48,162 bases of DNA from a virus. Taxonomy: Duplodnaviria; Caudoviricetes. Position numbers and translations under genes: made by a program. Shown one piece after another: positions 26,874 to 36,664 of the stretch (the first letter of the stretch is position 1; each line of letters begins with the position of its first letter). The notes beneath the pieces are model-generated. The model was given only the letters and a program-made list of their open reading frames with translations. It did no database searches and was not told the DNA's origin. The stretch lies in IMG/VR virus record IMGVR_UViG_3300037440_000441, positions 1-48,162 of that record; one strand, given 5' to 3'.

Positions 26874-27551
26874 ATGATCACTTTCACGATCGAGGCCGAC
26901 ACGCCCGAGGACTTCGTCCGCCAGGCACGGGTGCTGTTCCCGCTGGCGCAGATCACCGTGCAGCGGCCGATGGCCGACGAGCCGACTCTTGAGTCCGGCT
27001 GGCGGTCGATCGATCCGACGGCAACGGCCACCGAGGCGATGCATGCCGAAGCCGAGGCGCTGCTGGCCGACAAGCCCAAGCGCAAGCGGCGCACCAAGGC
27101 TGAGATCGAAGCGGACAAGGCGGCTGAAGACGAACCGGCCAAGGAAGCGGCCACGGTCGAAACGCTGCCGGTCTCGATCGAGGACATTCGCGAGGTCGCC
27201 AAGGCCATTCAGGCGAAGCTCGGTGAAGAGGCGCTCGCCGTCGTCAGTCCGATCTATGAGTCGGTCGGCGCCACCCATACGAGCAAAGTGCCTGCGGACA
27301 AGTACGAGGAGGTCCACACCAAACTGGTTGCGGCGCTGGCCGAGATCGAGGCCGCAGCGCCCGCCGGCGAGGTGACGGTGCAGGAGGTGCGCGCCGCAGC
27401 CCTGGCGGTGTTGGCCAAGCACGGCAACGACGACGGTCACGCCCGCAACATCGCCGTGGCCAAGAAGCTCGGTCACGACAAGCTCACCCAGCTCGAGCCG
27501 TCGCAATACGCCGAGGCGGTCGCGCTGCTCAAGGCCGAAGTGGAGGATTGA
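26874..27551 (+). CDS. hypothetical Ala/Glu-rich protein of the replication module
   Basis: AAGGAG RBS. Two repeated C-terminal helical units ('SIEDIR...YEEV', 'TVQEVR...YAEAV'). Confidence 0.7.
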   Translation: MITFTIEADTPEDFVRQARVLFPLAQITVQRPMADEPTLESGWRSIDPTATATEAMHAEAEALLADKPKRKRRTKAEIEADKAAEDEPAKEAATVETLPVSIEDIREVAKAIQAKLGEEALAVVSPIYESVGATHTSKVPADKYEEVHTKLVAALAEIEAAAPAGEVTVQEVRAAALAVLAKHGNDDGHARNIAVAKKLGHDKLTQLEPSQYAEAVALLKAEVED

Positions 27552-27554
27552 CCG

Positions 27555-27755
27555 ATGGCGACGGCGAGGGCAGTTGCCCGTGCAGCGACGGAGATGTTCG
27601 CGGCCGAGATTCGGATGAGCGATGCTCGGTCGAACCTGGAACTGGCAAGCGACGCCTTTACCTGCGCAGAGCAGGCGCACAGAGAGGCCAAGGATGTCTT
27701 CGACACTGCGACGGCAATCCTGGTCGCTAACGAGAGGAGCAAGCGACGCAAATGA
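27555..27755 (+). CDS. hypothetical coiled-coil protein
   Basis: GGAGG RBS, coupled. Confidence 0.5.
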   Translation: MATARAVARAATEMFAAEIRMSDARSNLELASDAFTCAEQAHREAKDVFDTATAILVANERSKRRK

Positions 27756-28135
27756 CCGAACGCATCACATTCTCGGTCACGCTGCGGCGTGACGACGCGC
27801 TCCACCTGCAAGAGGCGGCCAACGAGGGCGGTCTGCTGTTGTCCGAGTATGCGGCGCGGTGCCTGGCGTCGATCGCCGAGGACGACCGGAACTTCGGGTA
27901 CGGGACGCTGCTGCCCGCTCAGGGCGAGACGCAGGTGGTCGGCGGCATCGACCGGTCGCCCAACCCCTGGTGGCGAAACCACGCGGACACCGGTGTGCCG
28001 GGCCACCCGCCGCTGGTCGACGACGAGTGCGTGTGTGCCTGCTGCGAGGGGGAAGGCCGGATCGCTCGCACGAAGGGCATTCACCTTGATGCGGTACCCT
28101 GTCCTTATTGCCGGGGAGACTGGCCGTGGAACTAG
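27752..28135 (+). CDS. hypothetical protein with C-terminal zinc finger
   Basis: 'CACCEGEG...CPYCRG'. Confidence 0.5.
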   Translation: MTERITFSVTLRRDDALHLQEAANEGGLLLSEYAARCLASIAEDDRNFGYGTLLPAQGETQVVGGIDRSPNPWWRNHADTGVPGHPPLVDDECVCACCEGEGRIARTKGIHLDAVPCPYCRGDWPWN

Positions 28136-29370
28136 CACATTCCCAGCGCGCCCATGCGAAACTCGCTCCCAGCGCCAGCGAGCGATGGATCAACTGCCCC
28201 GGCTCCATTCGGCTCTCCGAAGGCATCGAGAACGTGTCGTCGAGCTTCGCCAACGAAGGCACGGCGGCGCACGAGCTCGCCGCGCACTGTCTCAAGACCG
28301 GCTTCGACGCCGACCGCTTCGCCGGCATGGTGATCGATATCCGCGGCAAGGAGTGGCACGAGAAGTTCCTGAACAAGGGAGCGCCGACTGACGGCATGCA
28401 CCGCTTCGAGATCGACGACGAGATGGTCGACGGGGTGCAGGTGTATCTCGACCACATCGACGAATTGCGCGCCAAGCTCGATGACATGGAGATCGAGATC
28501 GACGTCGAGCACCGCTTCGACCTGACGCACGTCCATCCCGAGATGTTCGGCACCGGCGACTGCGTCATCTACTCGCCGGAGCACCGCTCTCTCTACGTCA
28601 TTGATCTGAAGTACGGGCGCGGCGTGATCGTCGACCCGGAAGAGAACGCGCAGCTGCTGACCTATGGCGTCGGCGCGGTCAAGCGGCACCACAACCGGCC
28701 GATGATCGCGGTGCATCTGACGATCGTGCAGCCGCGCGGCGCCGGTCAGCCGGTGCGCACATGGTCGACCGACATCCTCGAGGTGATGGAGTTCGCCGAT
28801 ACGTTGCGTGAAGCGGCACAGCGTACCGAGCAGGCCGACGCGCCGCTCAAGGTGGGCGACTGGTGCAAGTTCTGCCCCGCGGCTGCCCTGTGCCCCGCAA
28901 ATCGCGAAGCGGCGCTCGCCGTCGCGCGTGCCGAATTCAGCGAAGGAGCGATCACCGTGACGGATCCCGAGAAGATGGACATGGCCGCCGTAGCCGAGTC
29001 GCTCAAGCACGCCGACGTGCTGGAGAACTGGCTGAAGCGGCTGCGCGAGTACGCGCATGCGCAGGCGACCGCCGGCACCATGCCCCCTGGGTTCAAGCTG
29101 GTGGCGAAACGCGCCATCCGCCGGTGGAAGGACGAAGGCACGGTCATCTCGGCGCTGCGCGGTGTGTTCGGATTGGAAGACGCCGACATCTATGCCGAGC
29201 CGAAATTGCGCTCGCCCGCTCAGGTCGAAAAGGTCATGGGCAAGAAGGAAGCGGCCGAGCTTGGCCAGTTCATCATCAAGCAGTCGAGCGGCACCGTGCT
29301 CGCGGTCGAGAGCGACAAGCGGCCGGCGGTCAAGGCCGATGCGTCCGGCGATTTCGTGGAGGTGGCGTGA
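28126..29370 (+). CDS. DUF2800 / Cas4-like PD-(D/E)XK exonuclease
   Basis: 'HAKLAPSASERWINCPGS', 'EGTAAH', 'GTGD', 'IDLKYG', 'QLLTY', 'WCKFCPA...CP'. Confidence 0.88.
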   Translation: MELAHSQRAHAKLAPSASERWINCPGSIRLSEGIENVSSSFANEGTAAHELAAHCLKTGFDADRFAGMVIDIRGKEWHEKFLNKGAPTDGMHRFEIDDEMVDGVQVYLDHIDELRAKLDDMEIEIDVEHRFDLTHVHPEMFGTGDCVIYSPEHRSLYVIDLKYGRGVIVDPEENAQLLTYGVGAVKRHHNRPMIAVHLTIVQPRGAGQPVRTWSTDILEVMEFADTLREAAQRTEQADAPLKVGDWCKFCPAAALCPANREAALAVARAEFSEGAITVTDPEKMDMAAVAESLKHADVLENWLKRLREYAHAQATAGTMPPGFKLVAKRAIRRWKDEGTVISALRGVFGLEDADIYAEPKLRSPAQVEKVMGKKEAAELGQFIIKQSSGTVLAVESDKRPAVKADASGDFVEVA

Positions 29371-29453
29371 TGGAGGCGATCGGCAACGCGATCAGCGACA
29401 CCGCGTTTCTGGCCTTCTTGGCGTTCGTCTTTTGGCTGTATTTTCGGAAGTAG
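29370..29453 (+). CDS. 27-aa TM peptide
   Basis: MEAIGNAISDTAFLAFLAFVFWLYFRK, GGAGG RBS, TGATG coupling. Confidence 0.45.
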   Translation: MEAIGNAISDTAFLAFLAFVFWLYFRK

Positions 29454-29509
29454 AAATCGGCACCCGCGACACGCCGAGCCACGTCTGAAGTGTCGCTTTT
29501 ATGGACTGA

Positions 29510-30121
29510 ATGAGAGATACAAAAATGGACTTGAATGCATGCGTGAAGACCTCGGCGGGCAACATCCGCACGCCGAAGTCGAAGCTGGCCTACGTCTACC
29601 TGAACGAGCCGACCCTGCCGAAGGGCGAGACCGACAAGGACAAGGCCAAGTACCAGGTGTCGGTGCTGTTTCCCAAGGACGCCAATCTCGACCTGATGGT
29701 TGCGGCGGTCAGCGAGTGCATCTCGGAGAACCTGACCGAGGCGCAGGTCAAGGCGACCAAGGTCAAGAAGCCGTTCCTGAAGACCGAGGAGCAGCCGTCG
29801 CTGAAGGAGTACGCGGAGGATTTCCCGATCATGATTCGGGCATCGGCCAAGTTCAAGCCGCAGATCGTGGCGGCCGACCTCTCCGAGATCAACGACCCGA
29901 GCCAAGTCTACTCCGGCCGGTGGGGCATGGTGTCCCTGCGCCCGTACTTCTGGGAGCACCCGACCGGCGGCAAGGGCGTGAGCTTGGGGCTGACCAACGT
30001 GCAGCTTCTCGATCACGACACGCCGATGGCCGGCGGTCGTGTCGACGCGGCGGACGACTTCACGCCGATCGCCGGCGTTGCGTCCTCGACGCCGACCAGC
30101 ACCGAGGGACTGTTCGACTAG
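29510..30121 (+). CDS. DUF2815 / gp2.5-like single-stranded DNA-binding protein
   Basis: 'KYQVSVLFPK', 'VYSGRW', 'KGVSLGLTNVQ', acidic tail ending 'LFD'. Confidence 0.88.
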   Translation: MRDTKMDLNACVKTSAGNIRTPKSKLAYVYLNEPTLPKGETDKDKAKYQVSVLFPKDANLDLMVAAVSECISENLTEAQVKATKVKKPFLKTEEQPSLKEYAEDFPIMIRASAKFKPQIVAADLSEINDPSQVYSGRWGMVSLRPYFWEHPTGGKGVSLGLTNVQLLDHDTPMAGGRVDAADDFTPIAGVASSTPTSTEGLFD

Positions 30122-30224
30122 GTGCGCTGCCGGGTTGGCCCCTGGGCGCCCGGTCCTAGGCACGTCGGGGGTGCGTGCGCGCGAACACCCCCAACCCATC
30201 AAGCCCACCGAAGGACCAATACCT

Positions 30225-30476
30225 ATGACCGAACACCAAGGCTCGCCGGTTGCCGGATACCGGCCGCAGAACGACGACAGGGTCAACGCTGTCAACTCTA
30301 ACAAGGAGATGGAAGAGCGCGTGTTGCGCGCCCTTGACGAACTGCGTGACACGGCGGACTGGGTCGACCAGCGGTGGCTGGCGATCGGCCGCACGCACAT
30401 CGAGCAGGGCTTCATGGCGGTCAATCGCGCCGTGTTCCAGCCGTCCCGTGTTGCTCTGCCGGAGGACTCGGAATGA
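30225..30476 (+). CDS. acb2: Acb2-like anti-CBASS cyclic-oligonucleotide sponge
   Basis: 'GYR...N.NKE.EE...[24 protein letters not shown]' matches the recalled Acb2 signature (GYR...RWLAIGKT.IQ.G.MA..RA..QP). Confidence 0.8.
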   Translation: MTEHQGSPVAGYRPQNDDRVNAVNSNKEMEERVLRALDELRDTADWVDQRWLAIGRTHIEQGFMAVNRAVFQPSRVALPEDSE

Positions 30477-30754
30477 ACACCGACACCCCCGCCGACATCG
30501 GCCACAACAGCGCCACCGGCATTGCCCGCGACCAGCTCCGGTCGATCGTCGAACGCATCGAGCGGATGGAGGAAGAGAAGTCCGCCGTCGCCGCCGACAT
30601 CAAGGAAATCTACGCCGAGGCCAAGGGCAATGGCTTCGACACCAAGACCATCCGCAAGGTCATCCGGCTGCGCAAGATCGACAAGGTCGAGCGAGAGGAG
30701 CAGGAGGCGCTGCTGGATGTTTACTGCCAAGCGCTTGGCATGATCAATGGGTGA
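30473..30754 (+). CDS. gapR: GapR/DUF2312 nucleoid-associated protein
   Basis: '[47 protein letters not shown]...[13 protein letters not shown]'. Confidence 0.9.
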   Translation: MNTDTPADIGHNSATGIARDQLRSIVERIERMEEEKSAVAADIKEIYAEAKGNGFDTKTIRKVIRLRKIDKVEREEQEALLDVYCQALGMING

Positions 30755-31085
30755 CGTGATGCGCCGCGTCATCATGGAGAGCCCCTACGCCGGCGACGTC
30801 GAGAAGAACGTGCGCTACGCCCGCGCCTGCGTGCGGGACTGCGTGCTGCGCGGCGACAGCCCGATCGCCAGCCACCTGCTGTTCACGCAGCCTGGTGTGC
30901 TGGACGACACCATCCCCAAGGAACGCGAGCTCGGCATCGAAGCCGGGCTCGCGTGGGGGCACGAGGCCGAGGCGACGGTCGTCTACTCGGATCTCGGCAT
31001 CAGCAAGGGCATGAGCTACGGCATTGCCCGGGCCAACGACGAGGGGCGGCCGGTCGAGTTTCGCGCGCTGGGCGGGTGGACGTGA
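30747..31085 (+). CDS. nucleoside deoxyribosyltransferase-like fold protein
   Basis: '[14 protein letters not shown]...PIASHLL...ERELGI..G...GIS.GM..GI'. Confidence 0.6.
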   Translation: MGDVMRRVIMESPYAGDVEKNVRYARACVRDCVLRGDSPIASHLLFTQPGVLDDTIPKERELGIEAGLAWGHEAEATVVYSDLGISKGMSYGIARANDEGRPVEFRALGGWT

Positions 31086-31696
31086 TGCTGAAACGCACGC
31101 CCAGCCCCGAGGTCTTCCTTGCGGAGATCAACGCAATGGAAACCGACGCGGTGCTGTCGCGCAACGAGGCGGCATTGCTGCGCCAGATCGCCAAGGCGGG
31201 GCCGGCCGGCATCAACGGGCGGAAGCTCGGGCGCATCCTGTTCTCGCGACTGAGCGACAGGTCGTCGCACAAGCAGGTCCACGTGCTGCTGTTCCGTGTC
31301 CGACAGAAGACGGCGGGCGTGTCCGCAGCTTTCAGTCTCGTCACCGAGCTGCGCAGCCACAACAGCACCTACCGGCTGGAAGCGGCGGCCGGAGCCTACA
31401 CCTGGCGCTTCCGCCCGGTGCCGGGTGACGTCGTCGACCGGATCACGGCGTACTGGTGGGCCCCGCTCGAGCGCCTGCTGCTGCAACAGCTTCTGTCGAC
31501 TGGAGCGACGTTCACCAGCACTCGTGATCTCGCCGACCGGATCTACGCCGGCCGGGCCGACGGCGGGCCGGACTACGCTGTCAACATCGTCAAGGTGCGC
31601 GTCCACTCCGTTCGCCGGGTGCTCCGTGCGCTCGCCCCGAGCGTCCGCATCGCCAGCAAGGCGCACCACGGCTACAGGCTGGAGGTGGCGGGGTGA
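31085..31696 (+). CDS. tandem OmpR/PhoB-type winged-helix DNA-binding protein
   Basis: Two units ending 'VHVLLFRVRQK...TYRLE' and 'IVKVRVHSVRRVL...GYRLE'. No receiver domain. Confidence 0.65.
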   Translation: MLKRTPSPEVFLAEINAMETDAVLSRNEAALLRQIAKAGPAGINGRKLGRILFSRLSDRSSHKQVHVLLFRVRQKTAGVSAAFSLVTELRSHNSTYRLEAAAGAYTWRFRPVPGDVVDRITAYWWAPLERLLLQQLLSTGATFTSTRDLADRIYAGRADGGPDYAVNIVKVRVHSVRRVLRALAPSVRIASKAHHGYRLEVAG

Positions 31697-32250
31697 TCAA
31701 CCTCGGCGCGGCCATGGTTGGCGGCAACGGCAACCGGGAGAAGGACGACTTCTACCCGACGCCGCCGGAGGCGACGGTTGCGCTCATGCTTGCGGTGCGC
31801 CTGGCGCCGTGCATATGGGAGCCGGCCTGCGGCGACGGGGCGATGTGCCGGGTGCTCGAGGCGGTCGGGCACAAGGTCGTGGCGACCGACCTGATCGACC
31901 GCGGCTACGGCCGGGGCGGTGTCGACTTCCTGCAGCAGAGTGAGCCGTTCGACGGTGACATCGCCACCAACCCGCCGTTCAAGACGGCAGCGGCATTCAT
32001 CGAACATTCAGCCACCCTCGCAGCGAGGCGGTTCTTCCTGCTCAAGGTCTCCTTCTGGAACGCCGCGCGGCGGATGAAGCTGTTCACCGAGCACCCGCCG
32101 TCGCTCGTCATGCCGTTGACGTGGCGGCTCGACTTCACCGGCGGCGGTGCGCCGACCATGGATTGCATGTGGTGCGCGTGGGGCACGCCTGAGCGCGGCT
32201 TCAAGCCGCTGCCGCGACCAGGTGCTGCTGTGATGGAGATGCTCACGTGA
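31693..32250 (+). CDS. DNA amino-methyltransferase (N6-adenine type)
   Basis: 'DFYPTP', SAM motif 'WEPACGDG', catalytic 'TNPPF'. Confidence 0.85.
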   Translation: MINLGAAMVGGNGNREKDDFYPTPPEATVALMLAVRLAPCIWEPACGDGAMCRVLEAVGHKVVATDLIDRGYGRGGVDFLQQSEPFDGDIATNPPFKTAAAFIEHSATLAARRFFLLKVSFWNAARRMKLFTEHPPSLVMPLTWRLDFTGGGAPTMDCMWCAWGTPERGFKPLPRPGAAVMEMLT

Positions 32251-32774
32251 CTGAAACGTGGAGAGCGATTCCCGGCTTCGAGGGATCATACGAGGTATCG
32301 GACCTTGGGCGGGTGCGCAGCCTGGATCGAGTGGTCTGGTGCGAGGGGCCGATCAAGGGCCGCTACCCCTCGCGCAAGCCGGGGCGTTTCTTGCGCCCGG
32401 GTCCAACTGCATCTGGTCACAGAACTGTGTGTCTCGGTCGGGGGTCCGGTTCGTTTTTGGTGCACGCACTTGTGCTCGCTGCGTTCGTAGGCCCGTACCC
32501 TGTCGGGGCCGAGATCAGGCATCTGAACGGCACCCCGAACGACAATCGGCTTAAGAATCTAGAGTACAGCACGAGATCACGAAATGGACAGGACAAGAAA
32601 TGGCACAGAGGGCAGTCGACCTACAGGCTGTCGCCCGAAGAAGTAGCGGTCATTAAGCGGCGCCTGCGGGACGGCGTTACCGGGGCCAGCATCGCCCGGA
32701 ACTACGGCATAGCCCAATCAACAGTGTCGGCTATCCGGCACGGGAAATTCCACAATGACATCTTGTCATATTGA
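32247..32774 (+). CDS. NUMOD4-HNH homing endonuclease
   Basis: 'WRAIPGFEGSYEVSDLGRVRS', 'VHALVLAAFVG...HLNG...DNRL.NLEY....N'. Confidence 0.9.
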   Translation: MTETWRAIPGFEGSYEVSDLGRVRSLDRVVWCEGPIKGRYPSRKPGRFLRPGPTASGHRTVCLGRGSGSFLVHALVLAAFVGPYPVGAEIRHLNGTPNDNRLKNLEYSTRSRNGQDKKWHRGQSTYRLSPEEVAVIKRRLRDGVTGASIARNYGIAQSTVSAIRHGKFHNDILSY

Positions 32775-34842
32775 TTTTGAGAGTCGTTCAGCCGTCGACC
32801 TGAAGAAGAGCGGCGCGCACGCCTATGCCGAGGACGAATCGACGGCGGTCTGGTGCTGCGCCTACGCCTTCGGCGACGGGCCGGTCGAGTTGTGGAAGAT
32901 GGGCGAGACCTGCCCGCCGGCGATCGCCGAGCACGTCGAGAACGGCGGCATCTTTGTTGCCCACAACGCGGCTTTCGAGCGAGCGATATGGCGGCACGTG
33001 CTGCACGAGCGCCAGGGGTGGCCCCTCCCCGGCATCAAGCAGTGGCGCTGCACCATGGCGATGGCCTACGCGATGGCGCTGCCGGGCTCGCTGGAGAACG
33101 CCGCGGCGGCCATGGGGCTGGCCGACGGCAAGGACATGGCCGGTCATCGGGTGATGATGCAGCTGGCACGGCCGCGCAAGGTCGACCCGGTGAGCGGCGC
33201 CGTCACATGGTGGGATCTGCCGGAGAAGCTCGAGACGCTCTACGCCTACTGCAAGCAGGACGTCGTGACCGAGCGCGCGCTGGAAAAGCGGCTAGTACCG
33301 TTGTCCGACTTCGAACAGCGGCTGTGGTGGCTGGACCAGATCATCAACGACCGTGGCGTGCATGTCGACGTGGCGCTGTGCGAGGCCGCGACCAAGGTGG
33401 TGCGTCACGTCACCGAGAAGCTCAACGCCGAGATGCGCGAGGTTACCGACAAAGAGGTCAGCGCCTGCACCAACACCAACCAGATTGCGACGTGGCTGCG
33501 CAGCCGCGGTCTCGAGGACACCGAATCGATAGCCAAGGACATCGTGGTCGAACTGCTCGCCCGGGACGATCTCGCCGACGACGTGCGCCGCGTGCTGGAG
33601 CTTCGTCAGGAAGCCGCCAAAGCGAGCGTCGCCAAGATCACCGCGCTGATGAACGGACGCTCCACAGACGGCCGTGCGCGCGGCCTGCTGCAGTACAGCG
33701 CGGCCTCTACGCGGCGGTGGGGCGGCCGGCGCTTCCAGCCGCAGAACATCAAGCGGCCGGAGCTCGACGACATCGACGAGGCGATCGCGGCGGTGATGAC
33801 CGGCAACGCCGACATCGTCGACATGCTGTTCGGCCCGCCGTTGTCGGTGGTCGGCGACTGTCTCCGTGGCATGGTCGCGGCGCCCAAGGGACGCAAGATC
33901 ATCGCGGCCGACTTCGCCAACATCGAAGGCAGGGTAGCCGCATGGCTGGCCGGCGAGCAGTGGAAGCTCGACGCCTTCCGCGCCTACGATTCCGGCACCG
34001 GGCCCGACCTCTACAAGGTGGCCTACGGCCGCTCGTTCGGCGTGCCAACCGACAGCGTCGACAAGTCGCAGCGTCAGGTGGGCAAGGTGCAGGAACTGGC
34101 GCTCGGCTACCAGGGCGGTGTCATGGCCTTCCAGTCGATGGCGAAAATCTACGGCGTGAAGATCGGAGAGAGCTACGGCCTGCTGCGTGATGCGGCCGAT
34201 CCGTCGCTCGTCGACAAGGCGCACGACGCTTACGACCAGCGCGGCAAGGGCAGCGGCGTCGGCCGGGAGAACTGGATCGCCGCCGAGATGGTGAAGCTGG
34301 CGTGGCGCGACGCGCACCCGCGTATCGTCCGCTCGTGGTACGACATCGAGGACGCAGCGGTGCAGTCAGTGCGGAGCCCGGGCGAGACGGTGGCGTGCGG
34401 CCGGCTGAAGTTCAAGACGGTCGGCATGGTCGACGGCCGCCCGTTCCTGGCGATGGGCCTGCCGGGCGGTGGCGTCCTCTGGTATCCGTACGTCGAGATC
34501 GACCAGACGGTGACGCCCTGGGGCGCCACCAAGGACATGGTCACCTTCCGCGGCGTCGATACCTACACCCGCAAATGGGGACCGACCACCACCTACGGCG
34601 GCAAGCTGTTCGAGAACGCGGTGCAGGCGGTCGCGCGCGACGTGTTGGCCGCGGCGATGGTGCGGCTGGAGAAGGCGAACTACCCGATCGTGCTGACCGT
34701 CCACGACGAGTGCGTCAGCGAGGTCGACGACGGGTTCGGCTCGGTCGACGAGTATTGCGCGATCATGCGCGAGGTGCCGGACTGGCTCGACGGCTGTCCG
34801 ATCGCGGCCGAGGGATGGCAAGGAGAAAGGTACAAAAAATGA
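32755..34842 (+). CDS. family A DNA polymerase
   Basis: Exo I 'IDFE', Exo II 'AHNAAFER', Exo III 'YCKQD'. Motif A 'ADFANIEGR', motif B '[13 protein letters not shown]', motif C 'VHDE'. Confidence 0.95.
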   Translation: MTSCHIDFESRSAVDLKKSGAHAYAEDESTAVWCCAYAFGDGPVELWKMGETCPPAIAEHVENGGIFVAHNAAFERAIWRHVLHERQGWPLPGIKQWRCTMAMAYAMALPGSLENAAAAMGLADGKDMAGHRVMMQLARPRKVDPVSGAVTWWDLPEKLETLYAYCKQDVVTERALEKRLVPLSDFEQRLWWLDQIINDRGVHVDVALCEAATKVVRHVTEKLNAEMREVTDKEVSACTNTNQIATWLRSRGLEDTESIAKDIVVELLARDDLADDVRRVLELRQEAAKASVAKITALMNGRSTDGRARGLLQYSAASTRRWGGRRFQPQNIKRPELDDIDEAIAAVMTGNADIVDMLFGPPLSVVGDCLRGMVAAPKGRKIIAADFANIEGRVAAWLAGEQWKLDAFRAYDSGTGPDLYKVAYGRSFGVPTDSVDKSQRQVGKVQELALGYQGGVMAFQSMAKIYGVKIGESYGLLRDAADPSLVDKAHDAYDQRGKGSGVGRENWIAAEMVKLAWRDAHPRIVRSWYDIEDAAVQSVRSPGETVACGRLKFKTVGMVDGRPFLAMGLPGGGVLWYPYVEIDQTVTPWGATKDMVTFRGVDTYTRKWGPTTTYGGKLFENAVQAVARDVLAAAMVRLEKANYPIVLTVHDECVSEVDDGFGSVDEYCAIMREVPDWLDGCPIAAEGWQGERYKK

Positions 34843-35189
34843 GAATTCTGGTGTGCGGTGGGCGCGATTTTTCCGACGCAGAGATGCTGGACCGAGAGTT
34901 GGAACGCTGGCACAAGAGCGATTTTGGCCCCATTCGCCAGATCATCCATGGCGCGGCCCGAGGAGCGGATACGCTGGCTGGCCAGTGGGCGGAACGCCGA
35001 GGCATTCCCGTAGTCTCGTACCCTGCGAATTGGGCGAAGCATGGACGCGCAGCGGGACCAAAGCGCAATGCCGAGATGCTGGAGAAGAGCAACCCGGATC
35101 TGGTTGTAGCGTTTCCGGGCGGTCGGGGGACCGCGGATATGGTGCGGAAAGCGCAGGACGCTAACATGTCGTACGTGCGGGTTGAATAG
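34839..35189 (+). CDS. DUF2493 / YspA-like SLOG-family protein
   Basis: '[10 protein letters not shown]', '[10 protein letters not shown]', '[11 protein letters not shown]', '[11 protein letters not shown]'. Confidence 0.88.
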   Translation: MRILVCGGRDFSDAEMLDRELERWHKSDFGPIRQIIHGAARGADTLAGQWAERRGIPVVSYPANWAKHGRAAGPKRNAEMLEKSNPDLVVAFPGGRGTADMVRKAQDANMSYVRVE

Positions 35190-35250
35190 GCTGGCTTTCG
35201 TGTCGCTTATTCGGTAGAATGTCGCTCGACATTTTCTCAGGGAGCCTGAC

Positions 35251-35544
35251 ATGGGCGAGACCAGCTACCGACTCGGCACCACAACCAAGGTCAGCCTGTC
35301 GGACACCAGCGCCAAGACCAGCGGGCTGAACGCCGCGGCCGGCAACGGCTTTCGCACCTTCCGCCTGTGGTCCGACGTCGACTGCTTCGTCAAGATCGGC
35401 TCCTCGCCGACGGCCACCGTCACTGACGTGCCGCTGACCGCCAAGGTCGCCGAGTACGTCGATCTGCGCGCCGACGAGGACGTCGCCGGCATCGTGGCGA
35501 GCTCGACCGGCAATCTCTACGTCACCGTCTGCACCAAGGGCTGA
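35251..35544 (+). CDS. small beta-rich putative virion protein
   Basis: GGAG RBS, Thr/Ser/Val-rich, upstream of the LamG gene. Confidence 0.55.
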   Translation: MGETSYRLGTTTKVSLSDTSAKTSGLNAAAGNGFRTFRLWSDVDCFVKIGSSPTATVTDVPLTAKVAEYVDLRADEDVAGIVASSTGNLYVTVCTKG

Positions 35545-35547
35545 CCG

Positions 35548-36279
35548 ATGCCGACGCTCGCGTCGCCGGGGCGGTTGATGGGGGCGCACGGGCGCGGGCC
35601 CGCAGATTCCGGGGGCGATCCGCTGTTCGCCAACGTTCAACTCCTGCTCGAATTCGAGGGCGAGGACGCTGCAACCGCGACGACGGATGTGAGCACGAAC
35701 GGGCACACCGTCACGTTCAACGGCGATGCGCAGATCGACACGGCGCAGGCCGATGTCGGCGATTCGTCGCTGCTGCTGGATGGGACGGGGGATTTCGTTA
35801 CCGTCGCGCACGATGCCGGCTTCGTTCCCGGCACCGGCCCGTTCTGTTTCGAGTGTTCGTTCCGGCCGGCGGCATTGCAAGACATCGAGCTGTTCGGCTT
35901 CTATGACGGGGCAGGCTCGAACCAGCTTTTCACATGCGCAATTAATATCGCCGGGGGCGGCGCCGGCCTCATAACGGTTTGGACCACAGACTCCTTCACC
36001 GAGACGTTCGCGTCGGACCTGACCTTTGCGATCGACACCTGGTACAAGCTTCGTGTCGAGCGTGCCGGAGACGACACGCTGCGCATTCTGCTCGATGGCG
36101 TGGTCGTTGGCAGTGCTGAGAATACGCAAGACCTGTCCGGCGGCAGTCCGGCGTTCCGTCTCGGCGGCGGCTTCATGTCGAGTGCGTTCAACGGCCATAT
36201 CGATCATCTCCGCTACACCACGGCGGAACGTGACGGCGGCGCCTACACCCCCTCAACCGATCCGTTCCCGACCTCGTGA
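35548..36279 (+). CDS. LamG/concanavalin A-like domain protein
   Basis: 'NVQLLL.FEG...SLLLDGTGD...WY.L.V.R...LDG...FNGHIDHLRYT'. Confidence 0.8.
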   Translation: MPTLASPGRLMGAHGRGPADSGGDPLFANVQLLLEFEGEDAATATTDVSTNGHTVTFNGDAQIDTAQADVGDSSLLLDGTGDFVTVAHDAGFVPGTGPFCFECSFRPAALQDIELFGFYDGAGSNQLFTCAINIAGGGAGLITVWTTDSFTETFASDLTFAIDTWYKLRVERAGDDTLRILLDGVVVGSAENTQDLSGGSPAFRLGGGFMSSAFNGHIDHLRYTTAERDGGAYTPSTDPFPTS

Positions 36280-36512
36280 CTTCTCCCCTCGCCAGCATGC
36301 TCCTGGCGCTGATGAGCGCCCCGTCGGCGGCGCCGCTGCGGCCAGAGCAGCACAGCATGCGCAACCTGTTCTACGAGGGCGCCGAGATGCCGCTGTCGCC
36401 GCGCATGGCCGAGAAGCTGGTCGGCGGGCAGGCTCGAGCAGAGGGCCCCGAGTTCCAGCGTAGGCAGCGGCCGGTGCGCAACCGGTGGCGCGGGTTCGAG
36501 TTCGGCGCCTAG
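36276..36512 (+). CDS. hypothetical protein
   Basis: 78 aa, GTG start overlapping the LamG stop. Confidence 0.4.
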   Translation: MTSPLASMLLALMSAPSAAPLRPEQHSMRNLFYEGAEMPLSPRMAEKLVGGQARAEGPEFQRRQRPVRNRWRGFEFGA

Positions 36513-36619
36513 TTGCGAACGATTCCTAACGCTCAAGATAACGCCCAAAAGTGCTGTATTTGAGCGTGCAAGCTACATCGTTCTACACCGGTTTTCCCTT
36601 TAGATTCAAAGACTTTAGC

Positions 36620-36664
36620 TGGTACCCCGTAGGGGAATCGAACCCCTGTTTCCGCCGTGAGAGG
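36620..36664 (-). other. attP core: 3' half of tRNA-Glu(CUC)
   Basis: Minus strand CCT-CTC-ACGGCGGAAACAGGGGTTCGATTCCCCTACGGGGTACCA runs from anticodon loop to CCA. The 5' half is absent. AT-rich context ~0.7 kb downstream of the integrase. Confidence 0.85.

Noticed and set aside
28126-29370. CRISPR-associated Cas4
   Set aside because: No cas1/cas2 or array. The context is the standard DUF2800-SSB-PolA replication module.
32247-34842. Group I intron or intein in the polymerase
   Set aside because: The HNH gene is free-standing upstream, and Pol A is continuous with all motifs and no intein signatures.
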